NCBI GenBank assembly: GCA_001940855.1
Contig: MSGS01000065.1
Coordinates: 19,107-83,106 of the forward strand
Length of the DNA: 64,000 nucleotides
Direction: 5' to 3'
Source: Christensenellaceae bacterium Phil1
GTDB taxonomy: Bacteria; Bacillota; Clostridia; Christensenellales; CAG-138
Shown: positions 46,268 through 55,508 of the stretch, piece after piece
Numbering within the stretch: position 1 is the first letter of the stretch
Layout: every line of letters starts with the position of its first letter
Translations under genes and position numbers: made by a program
Notes under the pieces: model-generated
The model's input: only the letters and a program-made list of their open reading frames with translations
Databases searched by the model: none
What the model was told of the DNA's origin: nothing

Positions 46268-47443
46268 ATGCGCACAACAAAGACCATTGCCCTTGTACTG
46301 GCCGCTATAATGCTCGCGGCGGCGCTGAGCGCCTGTTCGGTAAACAACCCGAATTACACCGTGCTTAAAGTAGGCGACATGAACATAGGCGTAAACGCCT
46401 ACTATAATAACTACAACTACCTTGCACAGGTCTATTCCATGTATGGCCTTTACAATGTTTCAACGCCCGAAGCTTTCAAGCGTATGCAGGATCAGGTGTT
46501 CGATAACCTTATCAACAATGCCCTGCCGGTGGTAGTGGCCAAGCAGAACGGCGTTACCTTGACCGAGGAGGAAGAGGCTCAGGTTCAGGCGGACTTCAAA
46601 GAGCAGATAGACCAGATGATAGCCCAGTATGCCTCCCAGGTGGACGAATCCATAACCGATGAGGACGCCAAATATGCCGAAGAGGAAAAGCTGTTCAAGG
46701 CGGCGCTTAAGAGCAGCGGCTGGAACTACAACACCTATCTGAAGATGATAGAGGACGACGTCCGCGGCGCAGCCATAGGCAACAAGTATATGGAATCGCT
46801 CTATTCCGGCGTGAACGTGACCGAGGAGGAAGCCAAGGCCTACTATGACGAGCAGCTTGCCGCCAAGAAGGCCGAATATGCCGAAACCCCCGCCCAGTTC
46901 TATACCGATTATTCCAACGCCATCAGCGGCAGCGACACCGTAGGCGTGCTTACCGTGCCCGAAGGATACCGCTTCTGCAAGCATATACTTATAAAGAAGG
47001 CCGAAGAGGGCGACACCACCAAGAACGTCAACCAGATAGTTGAAGAGGTGAAGGCCAAGCTGGCGGACGGCGTGGATTTCGATAAGCTCGTTGAAGAATA
47101 CGGCGAGGATCCCGGCATGAAGGAGGAGCCTTACAAGACCGAGGGCTATCTTATAAGCGAAAACACCCTTGATAAGTATTACGACGGCTTCGGCATCGCC
47201 GCCATATCGCTCAAGAACATAGGCGACGTGAGCAACCCCGTTGAGACCGAGGCGGGCTACCACTTCATACAGTACACCTCCGATGCGGAAGTTAAGGACA
47301 CCCCGTTTGAGGACGTTAAGCAGGCCATAACAGACAAGCTGACCGAGGACGAGAAGGTTGCCATTTACAACGACTGCCTTGCCAAGTGGAAGGAAGAAAT
47401 AAAGATAGAGAAGTACTATGACCGCGTGAGCGGCATCAAATAA
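46268..47443 (+). CDS. PrsA/SurA-like lipoprotein peptidyl-prolyl isomerase (second copy)
   Basis: Lipoprotein signal MRTTKTIALVLAAIMLAAALSAC. The parvulin-like region is PEGYRFCKHILIKK...VETEAGYHFIQY. Confidence 0.8.
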   Translation: MRTTKTIALVLAAIMLAAALSACSVNNPNYTVLKVGDMNIGVNAYYNNYNYLAQVYSMYGLYNVSTPEAFKRMQDQVFDNLINNALPVVVAKQNGVTLTEEEEAQVQADFKEQIDQMIAQYASQVDESITDEDAKYAEEEKLFKAALKSSGWNYNTYLKMIEDDVRGAAIGNKYMESLYSGVNVTEEEAKAYYDEQLAAKKAEYAETPAQFYTDYSNAISGSDTVGVLTVPEGYRFCKHILIKKAEEGDTTKNVNQIVEEVKAKLADGVDFDKLVEEYGEDPGMKEEPYKTEGYLISENTLDKYYDGFGIAAISLKNIGDVSNPVETEAGYHFIQYTSDAEVKDTPFEDVKQAITDKLTEDEKVAIYNDCLAKWKEEIKIEKYYDRVSGIK

Positions 47444-47468
47444 GGCCAAGCAAACAAGGCGACATCAA

Positions 47469-47492
47469 AGCGGGCGAAGGCTCGCTTTTTTG
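47469..47492 (+). terminator. Rho-independent terminator
   Basis: AGCGGGC-GAAG-GCTCGCT followed by TTTTTT. Confidence 0.65.
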
Positions 47493-47494
47493 TA

Positions 47495-47524
47495 TTGGCT
47501 GAGGCGTTTGTGATATGCTATAAT
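47495..47524 (+). promoter_or_regulatory. Putative promoter of the mntA-hepT pair (TTGGCT, 18 nt, TGcTATAAT)
   Basis: TTGGCT at 47495-47500; an extended -10 with TATAAT at 47519-47524. Confidence 0.5.
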
Positions 47525-47556
47525 CAAATAAAGCAAAAGGAAAGGGGAGCGGACGC

Positions 47557-47862
47557 ATGTGCAACAAAGTATATACGCTCGATGAAATACGCTCCATCGC
47601 CGCGCCCATCGCCAAGGATTACGGAGTGGATGCGCTGTATCTGTTCGGCTCATACGCGCGCGGGGACGCAACGCCGGAAAGTGACATGGACTTTCGCATA
47701 GACAAGGGCAGCGTATGCTCCGTATTCAAGCTGGGCGGGCTATATAATGAGATGGAGCACAGCTTCGATAAAAAGATGGACATTATGACCACGCAGATGC
47801 TTTCGGATGATTTTCTGCGTTCCATACGCGGAGAGGAGGTGCTGATATATGAGCGCGGTTGA
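47557..47862 (+). CDS. mntA: Minimal nucleotidyltransferase (MNT) antitoxin of a type VII HEPN/MNT toxin-antitoxin pair
   Basis: LYLFGSYARGDATPESDMDFRID is the GSxxRG...DxD nucleotidyltransferase motif. 101 aa. It overlaps the HEPN gene by 14 nt. Confidence 0.85.
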   Translation: MCNKVYTLDEIRSIAAPIAKDYGVDALYLFGSYARGDATPESDMDFRIDKGSVCSVFKLGGLYNEMEHSFDKKMDIMTTQMLSDDFLRSIRGEEVLIYERG

Positions 47863-48211
47863 TAAGGCTACGCGCGATATAAGCATAATAGAGCATATAT
47901 TGGAGTATTGTGCGGATATAGAATCGATACACGCCGAATTTGGCCATTCAAGGGAAAGGTTTGGCGAAAGCAAGGCTTACCAAAACGGCGTGGCAATGTG
48001 CATACTTCAAATAGGCGAGCTAACAAAGCACCTGTCAGCTGATTTTGTGGCAACGTATAGGCAAATACCGTGGCGCGATATTGCACGGACGCGGGATGTA
48101 TACGCGCACCATTACGGCCATGCCGATGCCGAACTGATATGGGAAAGCGCAACGAGCGACATTCCGTATCTTGCAGACTTCTGCCAAAAGCTTATATCAA
48201 AAGAGCTTTGA
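47849..48211 (+). CDS. hepT: HepT-like HEPN-domain (DUF86) toxin
   Basis: The Rx4H motif occurs in IARTRDVYAHHYGHAD. 120 aa. It is paired with the upstream MNT gene. Confidence 0.85.
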   Translation: MSAVDKATRDISIIEHILEYCADIESIHAEFGHSRERFGESKAYQNGVAMCILQIGELTKHLSADFVATYRQIPWRDIARTRDVYAHHYGHADAELIWESATSDIPYLADFCQKLISKEL

Positions 48212-48267
48212 ACGGGTGAGCCGTCCTGAGCGGATGGCTTTTTTATTAGCGCACCGGAGGAAAAGCG

Positions 48268-48942
48268 ATGTTTCAGATAATGGTGGTAGAGGACGACATA
48301 AACGCGCGGCGGCTTATGCAGGCCGTGATAGAGCAGAACGGCTATGAGGCTATTCCCGCGTCCGATGGGGCGGAGGCGCTTGCGCTGATGGATAAAAAGC
48401 ACGTTGATCTTATTGTGCTGGACGTGATGATGCCCCATATGGACGGCTATACGCTTGCGCGGGAGCTTAGGAGCGCGGGCAATAACGTGCCCATATTGAT
48501 GGTCACGGCGCGGCAGAGCGCCAAGGATAAGAAGGAAGGCTTCCTTGCGGGGACTGACGATTACATGGTAAAGCCCGTGGACGAGGAGGAGATGATGCTG
48601 CGCATTGCGGCGTTGTTAAGGCGCAGCCGAATAGTGAGCGAACGGCGGCTGACGATTGGCAGCACCACGCTTGATTACGACGCGCATACGCTTATAGACG
48701 CGGCGGGGGAGCATGAACTGCCGAACAAGGAATTTATGCTGCTGTATAAGCTTTTGTCCTACCCAAACCATATATTTACCCGCAGACAGCTTATGGACGA
48801 AATATGGGACATGGAGAGCGACACGGACGAGCGAACGGTTGACGTGCACATAAACCGGCTGCGCGAAAGGCTGAAGGGCAACGGGGATATTGAGCTTGCA
48901 ACGGTACGCGGGCTTGGCTACAAGGCGGTGAAGAAGCAATGA
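48268..48942 (+). CDS. OmpR-family response regulator
   Basis: The receiver domain is IMVVEDDINARRL...DLIVLDVMMPHMDGY. The winged-helix output is TVDVHINRLRERL...VRGLGYK. Confidence 0.92.
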   Translation: MFQIMVVEDDINARRLMQAVIEQNGYEAIPASDGAEALALMDKKHVDLIVLDVMMPHMDGYTLARELRSAGNNVPILMVTARQSAKDKKEGFLAGTDDYMVKPVDEEEMMLRIAALLRRSRIVSERRLTIGSTTLDYDAHTLIDAAGEHELPNKEFMLLYKLLSYPNHIFTRRQLMDEIWDMESDTDERTVDVHINRLRERLKGNGDIELATVRGLGYKAVKKQ

Positions 48943-49964
48943 AAAAGCTTGGCGCACAGATGGTCTTTGCAACGTTCCTTGTTATGCTTTCAACGGCTGC
49001 GCTTACGGTCACGGTCATGCTGCTGCTGGAGTTCCTTGGCGCGCTGCCGGAGGTGAAATATCCTGCGGTGGTGTGGCCCGTAATTGCACTTGGTATATGC
49101 GTTGCGGTGGGCACGGGCATAAACGCGCTGCTCACGCGGTGGTACTTCAGGCCCATGAAGCAGATCATAGGGGCCGTGCGCCGCGTTGCAAAGGGGGATT
49201 TCTCCGTCCGCGTAGAGGAGATAAAGGGCGTAAGGAACGAGCTTGAGGAGCTTACGAAAAGCTTTAACATGATGGCGGAAGAGCTGGGCAGCACGGAGCT
49301 TTTCCGCAGGGACTTCATCAATTCGTTCTCGCATGAGTTCAGAACGCCCATGGTATCCATACGCGGCTTTGCGCGGCAGCTTAAAAAGAGCGACATTACA
49401 GAAGCGCAGCGGCAGGAATATGCGGACATAATAATAAGCGAGGCCGACAGGCTTACCAACATGGCGTCCAACATACTTACGCTGACGCGGGTTGAAAACC
49501 AGCAGATAGTTACGGACAAGACCACGTTCCGCCTGGATGAGCAGCTGCGCACATGCATACTGCTGCTTGAAAAGGAATGGGAAGCCAGGAACATAAGCCT
49601 TGATATAGATTTGGACGAGGTTGAGTATACCTCCAACGAGGAGATGCTTTCCCAGGTTTGGCTGAACATACTGGGCAACGCAATAAAGTTCAGCAAGGAT
49701 GGCGGAGAGGTGCGCATATACTGCGCCAAGCACGGCAGCAGCGTGCGCGTGGAGATAGAGGACTACGGCGTGGGCATGAGCGAAGAAACGCGGCAGCATG
49801 CCTTTGAGCGGTTCTATCAGGGCGCAGGCAGCCGCGCCACCGCCGGAAACGGGCTGGGGCTGAGCATTGCAAAGCGCATAGTTGAACTGTGCGGCGGGGA
49901 GATAAACATAACGAGCGAGCTTAACCGCGGCACGCTGTTCATAATAACATTGCCTACGGAGTGA
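48939..49964 (+). CDS. Sensor histidine kinase (2 TM, HAMP, HisKA, HATPase_c)
   Basis: H-box FSHEFRTPMVSIRGF, N-box NILGNAIKFS and G-boxes DYGVGM and GNGLGLSI. The start overlaps the response-regulator stop (ATGA). Confidence 0.9.
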   Translation: MKKLGAQMVFATFLVMLSTAALTVTVMLLLEFLGALPEVKYPAVVWPVIALGICVAVGTGINALLTRWYFRPMKQIIGAVRRVAKGDFSVRVEEIKGVRNELEELTKSFNMMAEELGSTELFRRDFINSFSHEFRTPMVSIRGFARQLKKSDITEAQRQEYADIIISEADRLTNMASNILTLTRVENQQIVTDKTTFRLDEQLRTCILLLEKEWEARNISLDIDLDEVEYTSNEEMLSQVWLNILGNAIKFSKDGGEVRIYCAKHGSSVRVEIEDYGVGMSEETRQHAFERFYQGAGSRATAGNGLGLSIAKRIVELCGGEINITSELNRGTLFIITLPTE

Positions 49965-50937
49965 GTTGGAGCATTGTGGGCAGGGCTTCTTCCTCCTCAA
50001 CCTGTGCGGATGCGGGAGCCGAGGCGGCGTTGGCTATTGCCTCGGCCAGGAACTCAACGGAGTTCATGGCCTGCTCAAACGTGTTTGCATTGTGCCCAAT
50101 CTCCGCCAGCAGGCAATGGGAGGACACATGCTGGTTATACCGCCCCACCTTAACGCGGATGTTGCGGGCAAGGTTAGGGTGTATCGTGCCAAGGTATTCG
50201 CTTATGCCCTTGGCAAGGGCGTAGTTGGATTGAAAGTCCGGCATTTCATCAAATCCAGCTCCGGTCGCGCCCTCGCCCGTACCTACGACAAACATTATGC
50301 GGGCGCATTCCTTGCCGTCTATCACCAAATAATCCGCGGGGGCCTTGGGGTCGTTTCCGTATGCATCGCGGTGCAGATCTATAAACAATTCTATCGTGGG
50401 GTATTTCTTTTTGTATTCAAGCATTGTCTCAAGCGAGCGTGAATAGGCGCTGGAAAGCTTGGGCGGTTCATGGTCTGTAATATCATGTATCGCATAAATG
50501 CCGTAGCGTTCGTTGAGCAAAGTGCATAGCTTTTCGCCCACGGCAACAACGTTCATGCCGTTATCCTTCGTGCGCCATGGGGAGGATACGGCGTAGGTAT
50601 AGCGCTTTGTTGGGAAGTATGCTTCCGTAGTATGCGTATGGTAAATAAGCACGGTAGGCCCTTCGGTTGATAGACCTATACCCGTGCTTTTATCTGTGTC
50701 CGCCTTCATAAGCTCCAGCAGCACCCTGCGGCTTACGCCTTCATCTGCATCAACATGGTCAAGCGCTATCTCTATGTTTGTAAGCTCGTCCCCATCCGGC
50801 TTATCCGTGCGCATGGCGGGGCGTATGAGCGCGGCGGCTATGAGCGCGGCAAGCGTAAACATAAAAAGAAGCATTGCGGCTAAGTGCGTTTTGCGATGGT
50901 CAGCGGCGCGTGTGCGGCCGCGCATTCGTTTGTTCAT
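49954..50937 (-). CDS. spoIIP: Stage II sporulation protein P (SpoIIP-family amidase)
   Basis: An N-terminal TM anchor, then VLIYHTHTTEAY...IDLHRDA...ARIMFVVG, typical of SpoIIP. The 3' end overlaps the convergent kinase gene by 11 nt. Confidence 0.85.
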   Translation of the reverse strand: MNKRMRGRTRAADHRKTHLAAMLLFMFTLAALIAAALIRPAMRTDKPDGDELTNIEIALDHVDADEGVSRRVLLELMKADTDKSTGIGLSTEGPTVLIYHTHTTEAYFPTKRYTYAVSSPWRTKDNGMNVVAVGEKLCTLLNERYGIYAIHDITDHEPPKLSSAYSRSLETMLEYKKKYPTIELFIDLHRDAYGNDPKAPADYLVIDGKECARIMFVVGTGEGATGAGFDEMPDFQSNYALAKGISEYLGTIHPNLARNIRVKVGRYNQHVSSHCLLAEIGHNANTFEQAMNSVEFLAEAIANAASAPASAQVEEEEALPTMLQLTP

Positions 50938-50979
50938 GGCTTATCCTCCTTCCATATTGGTATGAAGGGAGGGCGCGGC

Positions 50980-51897
50980 TTATGCTATAAGGCTTTTAAG
51001 CTCGGCATGATCCGTGCCGAACAGCGCCATGTTGATTGCATTTGACAGTATTGCGCTCATGCTGCCTATAAGCGCGTCTATTTCCTTGGGCGTGACTATC
51101 AGCTCGCCCGTTTTTTCGCTTATGGCCTTGGCGGCAAGCTCCTTAACGCTTTCTTCGTTATTCATAAGGCCAAGCTCGCCCGCGATAAGCCCAACCGTGT
51201 CGCGGGAGATGGTGCTGGCGTATACCACGAGCGGCACGCCTATGGCTATCACCGGCACGCCCATGCTTTGCCTGTCAAGTCCGCTCCTTGCGTTGCCCAC
51301 GCCCGCGCCGGGCTGAAGCCCCGCATCGCAAAGCTGAATGGTGCAGCCTATGCGCTCCGTCCTGCGGGAGGCAAGGGAGTCTATTGCTATTATTACGGCG
51401 GGTTTGCTGCTTGACGCCGCGCCCTTTATCATCTCCATTGTTTCTATTCCCGTAACGCCCAATACCCCGGGGGATACGGCGCAGACGCTCCGCACATGGT
51501 GCGGTATGGCGTCCGCCATGTATTGCTTTATGTGCCGCGTGACAAGTATCTTTTCCGCTGTGCGCGGGCCTAATGCATCGGGTGTAACGGCCCGGTTGCC
51601 AAGCCCTGCAACGAGCGCCGTGCCGTCAAGCCCTACTATCATTGCGCTGAGCTCATTGGCTGCGGCCTCTGTAACGGCGGCTGTCAGCTCCGCTCCGCCG
51701 TAGGTAAGCTCAGGCGCGTCTATCGTAACGTATAGCCCTTTCGCCTTGCCGAGCGCTTTTGCCGCTTCGTCCGTTTCTATGCGTATGCGGGATATGGCGT
51801 AGCCCTCGCGCTGCTCGTTCTGCTCGCTTACGCCGGTGCCTGCGGCGTGCAGCTCCCGCGCCTCCATGGCAAGGTCTGTGCGAATATCGGCCTTCAT
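50980..51897 (-). CDS. gpr: GPR endopeptidase (spore germination protease)
   Basis: IRTDLAMEARE...GLGNRAVTPDALGP...IAIDSLA. It is adjacent to spoIIP and divergent from rpsT, as in Bacillus. Confidence 0.9.
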   Translation of the reverse strand: MKADIRTDLAMEARELHAAGTGVSEQNEQREGYAISRIRIETDEAAKALGKAKGLYVTIDAPELTYGGAELTAAVTEAAANELSAMIVGLDGTALVAGLGNRAVTPDALGPRTAEKILVTRHIKQYMADAIPHHVRSVCAVSPGVLGVTGIETMEMIKGAASSSKPAVIIAIDSLASRRTERIGCTIQLCDAGLQPGAGVGNARSGLDRQSMGVPVIAIGVPLVVYASTISRDTVGLIAGELGLMNNEESVKELAAKAISEKTGELIVTPKEIDALIGSMSAILSNAINMALFGTDHAELKSLIA

Positions 51898-52053
51898 AAT
51901 TGTCCTCCTTGAATAAAAAATGGTGCACAGGGCTATTATGCGCCGCTTTACGAATAAAAAAACCGATTTTACGCACGAATTATGCTTGCTTTATGCAAAG
52001 AGCCGTGCTATAATACACGATGTTCGAGTAAAAATAACAAGGGGGAAACCGTT

Positions 52054-52320
52054 TTGGCAAACCATAAGTCCGCTTTAAAGCGTGTGGCAGTCACCGCTAA
52101 GAAAAACCTTAACAACCGTGTAATTACCTCCAGGGTCAAGACCGCTATCAAGAGCTTTGACAAGTCCCTTGAGGCTGGCGACCAGGCCGCTATCACCGCC
52201 GCCTATGTCAACGCCGTAAGCACCGTTGATAAGGCTGCCGCAAAGGGCGTGCTGCATAAGAATAATGCCAACCGCAAGAAGGCTCAGCTTGCCCTCAAGC
52301 TGGCTGCGAAGGCTAACTAA
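52054..52320 (+). CDS. rpsT: 30S ribosomal protein S20
   Basis: ANHKSALKRVAVTAKKNLNNRVITSRVKTAIKSF. TTG start at 52054, 7 nt after GGGGGA. The upstream part of the track ORF has no support. Confidence 0.92.
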   Translation: MANHKSALKRVAVTAKKNLNNRVITSRVKTAIKSFDKSLEAGDQAAITAAYVNAVSTVDKAAAKGVLHKNNANRKKAQLALKLAAKAN

Positions 52321-52404
52321 TTAACTAAGTAATTACCCCTTATTAGGGTTATGCAAAAGCCAATCGAAAGGTTGGCTTATTTGCGTTAGCTGATATAAAT
52401 AACG

Positions 52405-52548
52405 CCAAAAGACTCCCCTCGGCCGGGGAAATGGCGCGGCGTAGCCGACTGAGGGGAACAGTAAAACAGCTTGGCAGTTTCTTAGTTATTCCCCTTTCGT
52501 CATGGCTTCGCTATGCCACTTTCCCCGCTTGCGGGGGACAGCTTTTGG
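52405..52548. repeat. Composite repeat element (inverted pair of two-hairpin modules)
   Basis: CCAAAAGACTCCCCTCGGCCGGGGAAATGGCG-CGGCGTAGCCG-ACTGAGGGGAACAGTAAAACAGCTTGGCAG...TTCCCCTTTCGTC-ATGGCTTCGCTAT-GCCACTTTCCCCGCTTGCGGGGGACAGCTTTTGG. Confidence 0.8.
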
Positions 52549-52571
52549 TGCGCTTTTCAGTCTCTTTCAGC

Positions 52572-53663
52572 TCAATAGCAAAGGCTGAAGTAGAGGTTGC
52601 TGTAAGGATACAGCGTATCGATGTCCAGAATTGCAGCCTCGGGGGCGATGCTGTCAAGCTGCATACGCTTCGCGCTTTCGCGGTAGTTATCCGGTTGGGA
52701 TTCGGCTGCGAAAACAAGTCCGTAGTAATCTTCGGGAATATATACAACGTAGCTCTTGGTAAGCACCTGCGCCCAATCGCCAACGTCGTACTGCCAATCG
52801 GTGGAGTAGGCGAACTCTATAAGATATTCCGTTCCGTCCCACTCAACGCTGTGGAGATAATAATTGTCCCCGTGGCTGCCGTCGCCATAGGAGGAGGCGG
52901 CGGTGAGCCACATGCCGGTATAGAAATCGTAAAGTTCGCTGTCCGTGCTGGTCACATACTGCTGGCCGTAATACGGTATGGAACTGTCGGGTATATAGCA
53001 GATTGCGTCGAACTGAAGCTCGCGTATGCCGTCGTGGGTATAATCATACTGCTTCACTATTTCCCAGTAGCACTCGCCCGTGGCATAGCCGTCGCCAAGG
53101 CCGGTGTATGTGCATATGCCGTCCTCAAGCAAAAACGTGCCCATCTCCGCAGCCGCGTTCATCTCAAGCCCGTTTGCGGTAAAATACGGTTCCTCGGTCT
53201 GCTCATCGTAGTTCGGGAAGAACGTTTCCTCCTCGCCGGGAACGGTTGAAAGCTCCTCGCGGTAAACATAGCGCTCCACGGGGTCCCATATCCATATAAG
53301 CTCGGTCTCGTCCCCATTTTCGTGTATAAAGCTTACAAGCACGTCGCTTTCCCTGTCGCCATCCATATCGTCGAAAGAAATGGCGTTAAACGCCTGCTCC
53401 GCGTCCGCAATGTTCATTGGGAAGGATACGCTGTCGAACAACACCTGCTCCGCAATGTCCCGGTAAAAGGCAGCGCTGCTCGGGCTTATGGTTACCAGCA
53501 CATTCACGCTTTCCCCGTCGTGGGTTATTGTGCCGCTGCCTGCAACGTCCCCGCTTGTGCGCCAGTCATCGCCGGTTACATCATCCGTATTGCCGCAGGC
53601 GGAAAGGCTGATGCACAGTGCAATAGCCATTGCCATGCACAAAAGGTTTCTCCATAGTTTCAT
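52572..53663 (-). CDS. Hypothetical lipoprotein
   Basis: 363 aa from ATG 53663 (AGGAGGA RBS). The signal with lipobox is MKLWRNLLCMAMAIALCISLSAC. It is acidic and Tyr/Asp-rich, with one DxDGD-like motif (FDDMDGDRESD). The track ORF's 41 extra N-terminal residues are unsupported. Confidence 0.7.
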   Translation of the reverse strand: MKLWRNLLCMAMAIALCISLSACGNTDDVTGDDWRTSGDVAGSGTITHDGESVNVLVTISPSSAAFYRDIAEQVLFDSVSFPMNIADAEQAFNAISFDDMDGDRESDVLVSFIHENGDETELIWIWDPVERYVYREELSTVPGEEETFFPNYDEQTEEPYFTANGLEMNAAAEMGTFLLEDGICTYTGLGDGYATGECYWEIVKQYDYTHDGIRELQFDAICYIPDSSIPYYGQQYVTSTDSELYDFYTGMWLTAASSYGDGSHGDNYYLHSVEWDGTEYLIEFAYSTDWQYDVGDWAQVLTKSYVVYIPEDYYGLVFAAESQPDNYRESAKRMQLDSIAPEAAILDIDTLYPYSNLYFSLCY

Positions 53664-53817
53664 GCTCTTTCCTCCTCTTTCCGCCGGACGCGCAATGGCT
53701 CCGGCTGTCCGTTTCTCATCCCTTATTGCATTATACCATGCATACGCGGCAGGGGAAAGTGCGGCTTGGCAATGACAGCGGGGCAAAACTGTGGTATTAT
53801 GGGAGTGGTAACTCCAG

Positions 53818-53850
53818 CCAAAAGCTGTCCCCGTTCGGGGCGCCTTTTGG
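53818..53850. repeat. Partial repeat-family copy (terminal hairpin only)
   Basis: CCAAAAGCTGTCCCCGTTCGGGGCGCCTTTTGG, followed by a second hairpin GCGAT-ACGAGC-ATCGC. It lies upstream of the GerM-like gene. Confidence 0.6.
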
Positions 53851-53933
53851 CGGCAGCGATACGAGCATCGCCCGCATACTCCTCCGCCATCGCGAATAGT
53901 ATTAGGTAAAAACGCGAACGGAGGGCGGAGAAT

Positions 53934-54881
53934 ATGAAATTACGCATAGCTGTGGCCGCGGCCATGATAATATGCGGCATGGTTTTGATAATGTGCGGCT
54001 GCGCAAAGGACGTGGCTACGGATGCGGGCATGTATGATGAACCCGCAGGCGAGGCCGGGATGCGGCGCACGGTGCTTTATTATAAGGATGACGATGGGTT
54101 CATAGTGCCCGTTATGAAGCTTATCCCGTGGGAGGAAGGCATAGGCCGCGCGGCGATAGGCAATTTGGTGGACACGGCGGAAAACCGCGCAGAGGCGCGC
54201 TCCCGCGGGCTGAACGCGACCATACCGGATGGGGTTGAATATACGTTAAGGATACGCGACGGGGTGGCTACGATAGATATAAGCTCGCTGAGCGCATTTG
54301 CGGACGAGGCAAGCGAGCGGGCGATGGTCACAAGCATTGTGAACAGCCTTGCCGAGTTCCCCACGATAGACGCGGTGACGATAACCCTCAACGGCGAAAA
54401 GGTGACTAAGCTTCCCTGCGGAACAAAGCTGAGCGAGGCCATGACTCCCTTTATGCTGAACGCCGAGGATGGGGACGTGAGCGCCTCGGCAGACGGGATG
54501 GAGCCTATGACGCTGTATTTTGCCAACAACGCGGCAAGCCTGAACGTGCCCGTCACGCGGTACTGCGCGGGGCATGGGTTTGCGGCGGCGGTGGAGCAGC
54601 TTATTGCGGGGCCGGAGGATGCGGCGCTGATGAACAGCTTCCCCGAAGGTACGCGCCTGATAAGCGCGGATATATACGGCGGGGTTGCAACGGTCAACCT
54701 GAGCGGGGAGTTCCTTTCCGCCCAGTATACAGAGGGCATGGCGGAAACGGCGTTCGATACGCTTTTCCTTACCGCCAACGCCATTGAGGATATAAGCGAA
54801 CTGAAGGTGCTTGTGGAGGGCAAGGAGTGCGAGCTTACGCGCGAATGCACAGCGCCTGTTTACGCAAACACGTTTCAATAA
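53934..54881 (+). CDS. GerM-like (GerMN-domain) sporulation/germination lipoprotein
   Basis: Lipoprotein signal MKLRIAVAAAMIICGMVLIMCGC. There are two GerMN-like repeats (VLYYKDDDGFIVPV...; MTLYFANNAASLNVPVTRY...). It sits upstream of rdgB-ysnB, as gerM does in Bacillus. Confidence 0.75.
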   Translation: MKLRIAVAAAMIICGMVLIMCGCAKDVATDAGMYDEPAGEAGMRRTVLYYKDDDGFIVPVMKLIPWEEGIGRAAIGNLVDTAENRAEARSRGLNATIPDGVEYTLRIRDGVATIDISSLSAFADEASERAMVTSIVNSLAEFPTIDAVTITLNGEKVTKLPCGTKLSEAMTPFMLNAEDGDVSASADGMEPMTLYFANNAASLNVPVTRYCAGHGFAAAVEQLIAGPEDAALMNSFPEGTRLISADIYGGVATVNLSGEFLSAQYTEGMAETAFDTLFLTANAIEDISELKVLVEGKECELTRECTAPVYANTFQ

Positions 54882-54908
54882 ATATTACTGTACAGAGGAG
54901 AAATACGG

Positions 54909-55508
54909 ATGCGGCTGATAATAGCATCGAACAATGCGCACAAGGTACGCGAAATAAAGGAGATTCTGGGCGATTATTTCAGCGAGATACTTTCGCTTAA
55001 GGAGGCGGGCATTGCCATAGACGTTGAGGAGGACGGCGAAACATTTGAGCAGAACGCGCTAAAAAAGGCGCAGGAGGTGCTTAAAATTGCCGATGCCGAC
55101 GCGGCGCTGAGCGACGACAGCGGCCTGATGGTTGATGCGCTTGACGGTGCGCCGGGCGTATACAGCGCGCGCTTCGCCGGGGAAGGCCACGACGATGCAG
55201 CCAACAACGCAAAGCTTATGGACATGATGCTCTTAGTTCCTGAAGAAAAGCGCACGGCGCGCTTCGTGAGCGCGGTTGCGTTGGCACGGCGCGGCAAGGA
55301 ACCGATGGTTTGCCGCGGCGCGGTGGAGGGCAGCATACTTTACGCTCCGCAGGGGGAGAACGGCTTCGGATACGACCCGCTGTTCTTCTATGCTCCCGCG
55401 GGGCTTTCCTTTGCGCAGATGAGCGCGGAGAACAAAAACGCCATAAGTCACCGCAAAAGGGCGCTGGAGGCGCTCAAAGCCGCGCTTGAGGCGGAGAAGC
55501 GGGCATGA
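54909..55508 (+). CDS. rdgB: Non-canonical purine NTP pyrophosphatase (RdgB/HAM1)
   Basis: LIIASNNAHKVREIKEIL...DDSGLMVDALDGAPGVYSARFAG...GENGFGYDPLF...SHRKRA. Confidence 0.93.
   Translation: MRLIIASNNAHKVREIKEILGDYFSEILSLKEAGIAIDVEEDGETFEQNALKKAQEVLKIADADAALSDDSGLMVDALDGAPGVYSARFAGEGHDDAANNAKLMDMMLLVPEEKRTARFVSAVALARRGKEPMVCRGAVEGSILYAPQGENGFGYDPLFFYAPAGLSFAQMSAENKNAISHRKRALEALKAALEAEKRA

Noticed and set aside
49954-49964. 11-nt overlap of the convergent 3' ends of the histidine kinase and spoIIP genes, and the abutting stops at 63412/63413
   Set aside because: Both genes of each pair are well supported. Tail-to-tail overlaps of a few codons are common in compact genomes, so I do not consider them a special signal.
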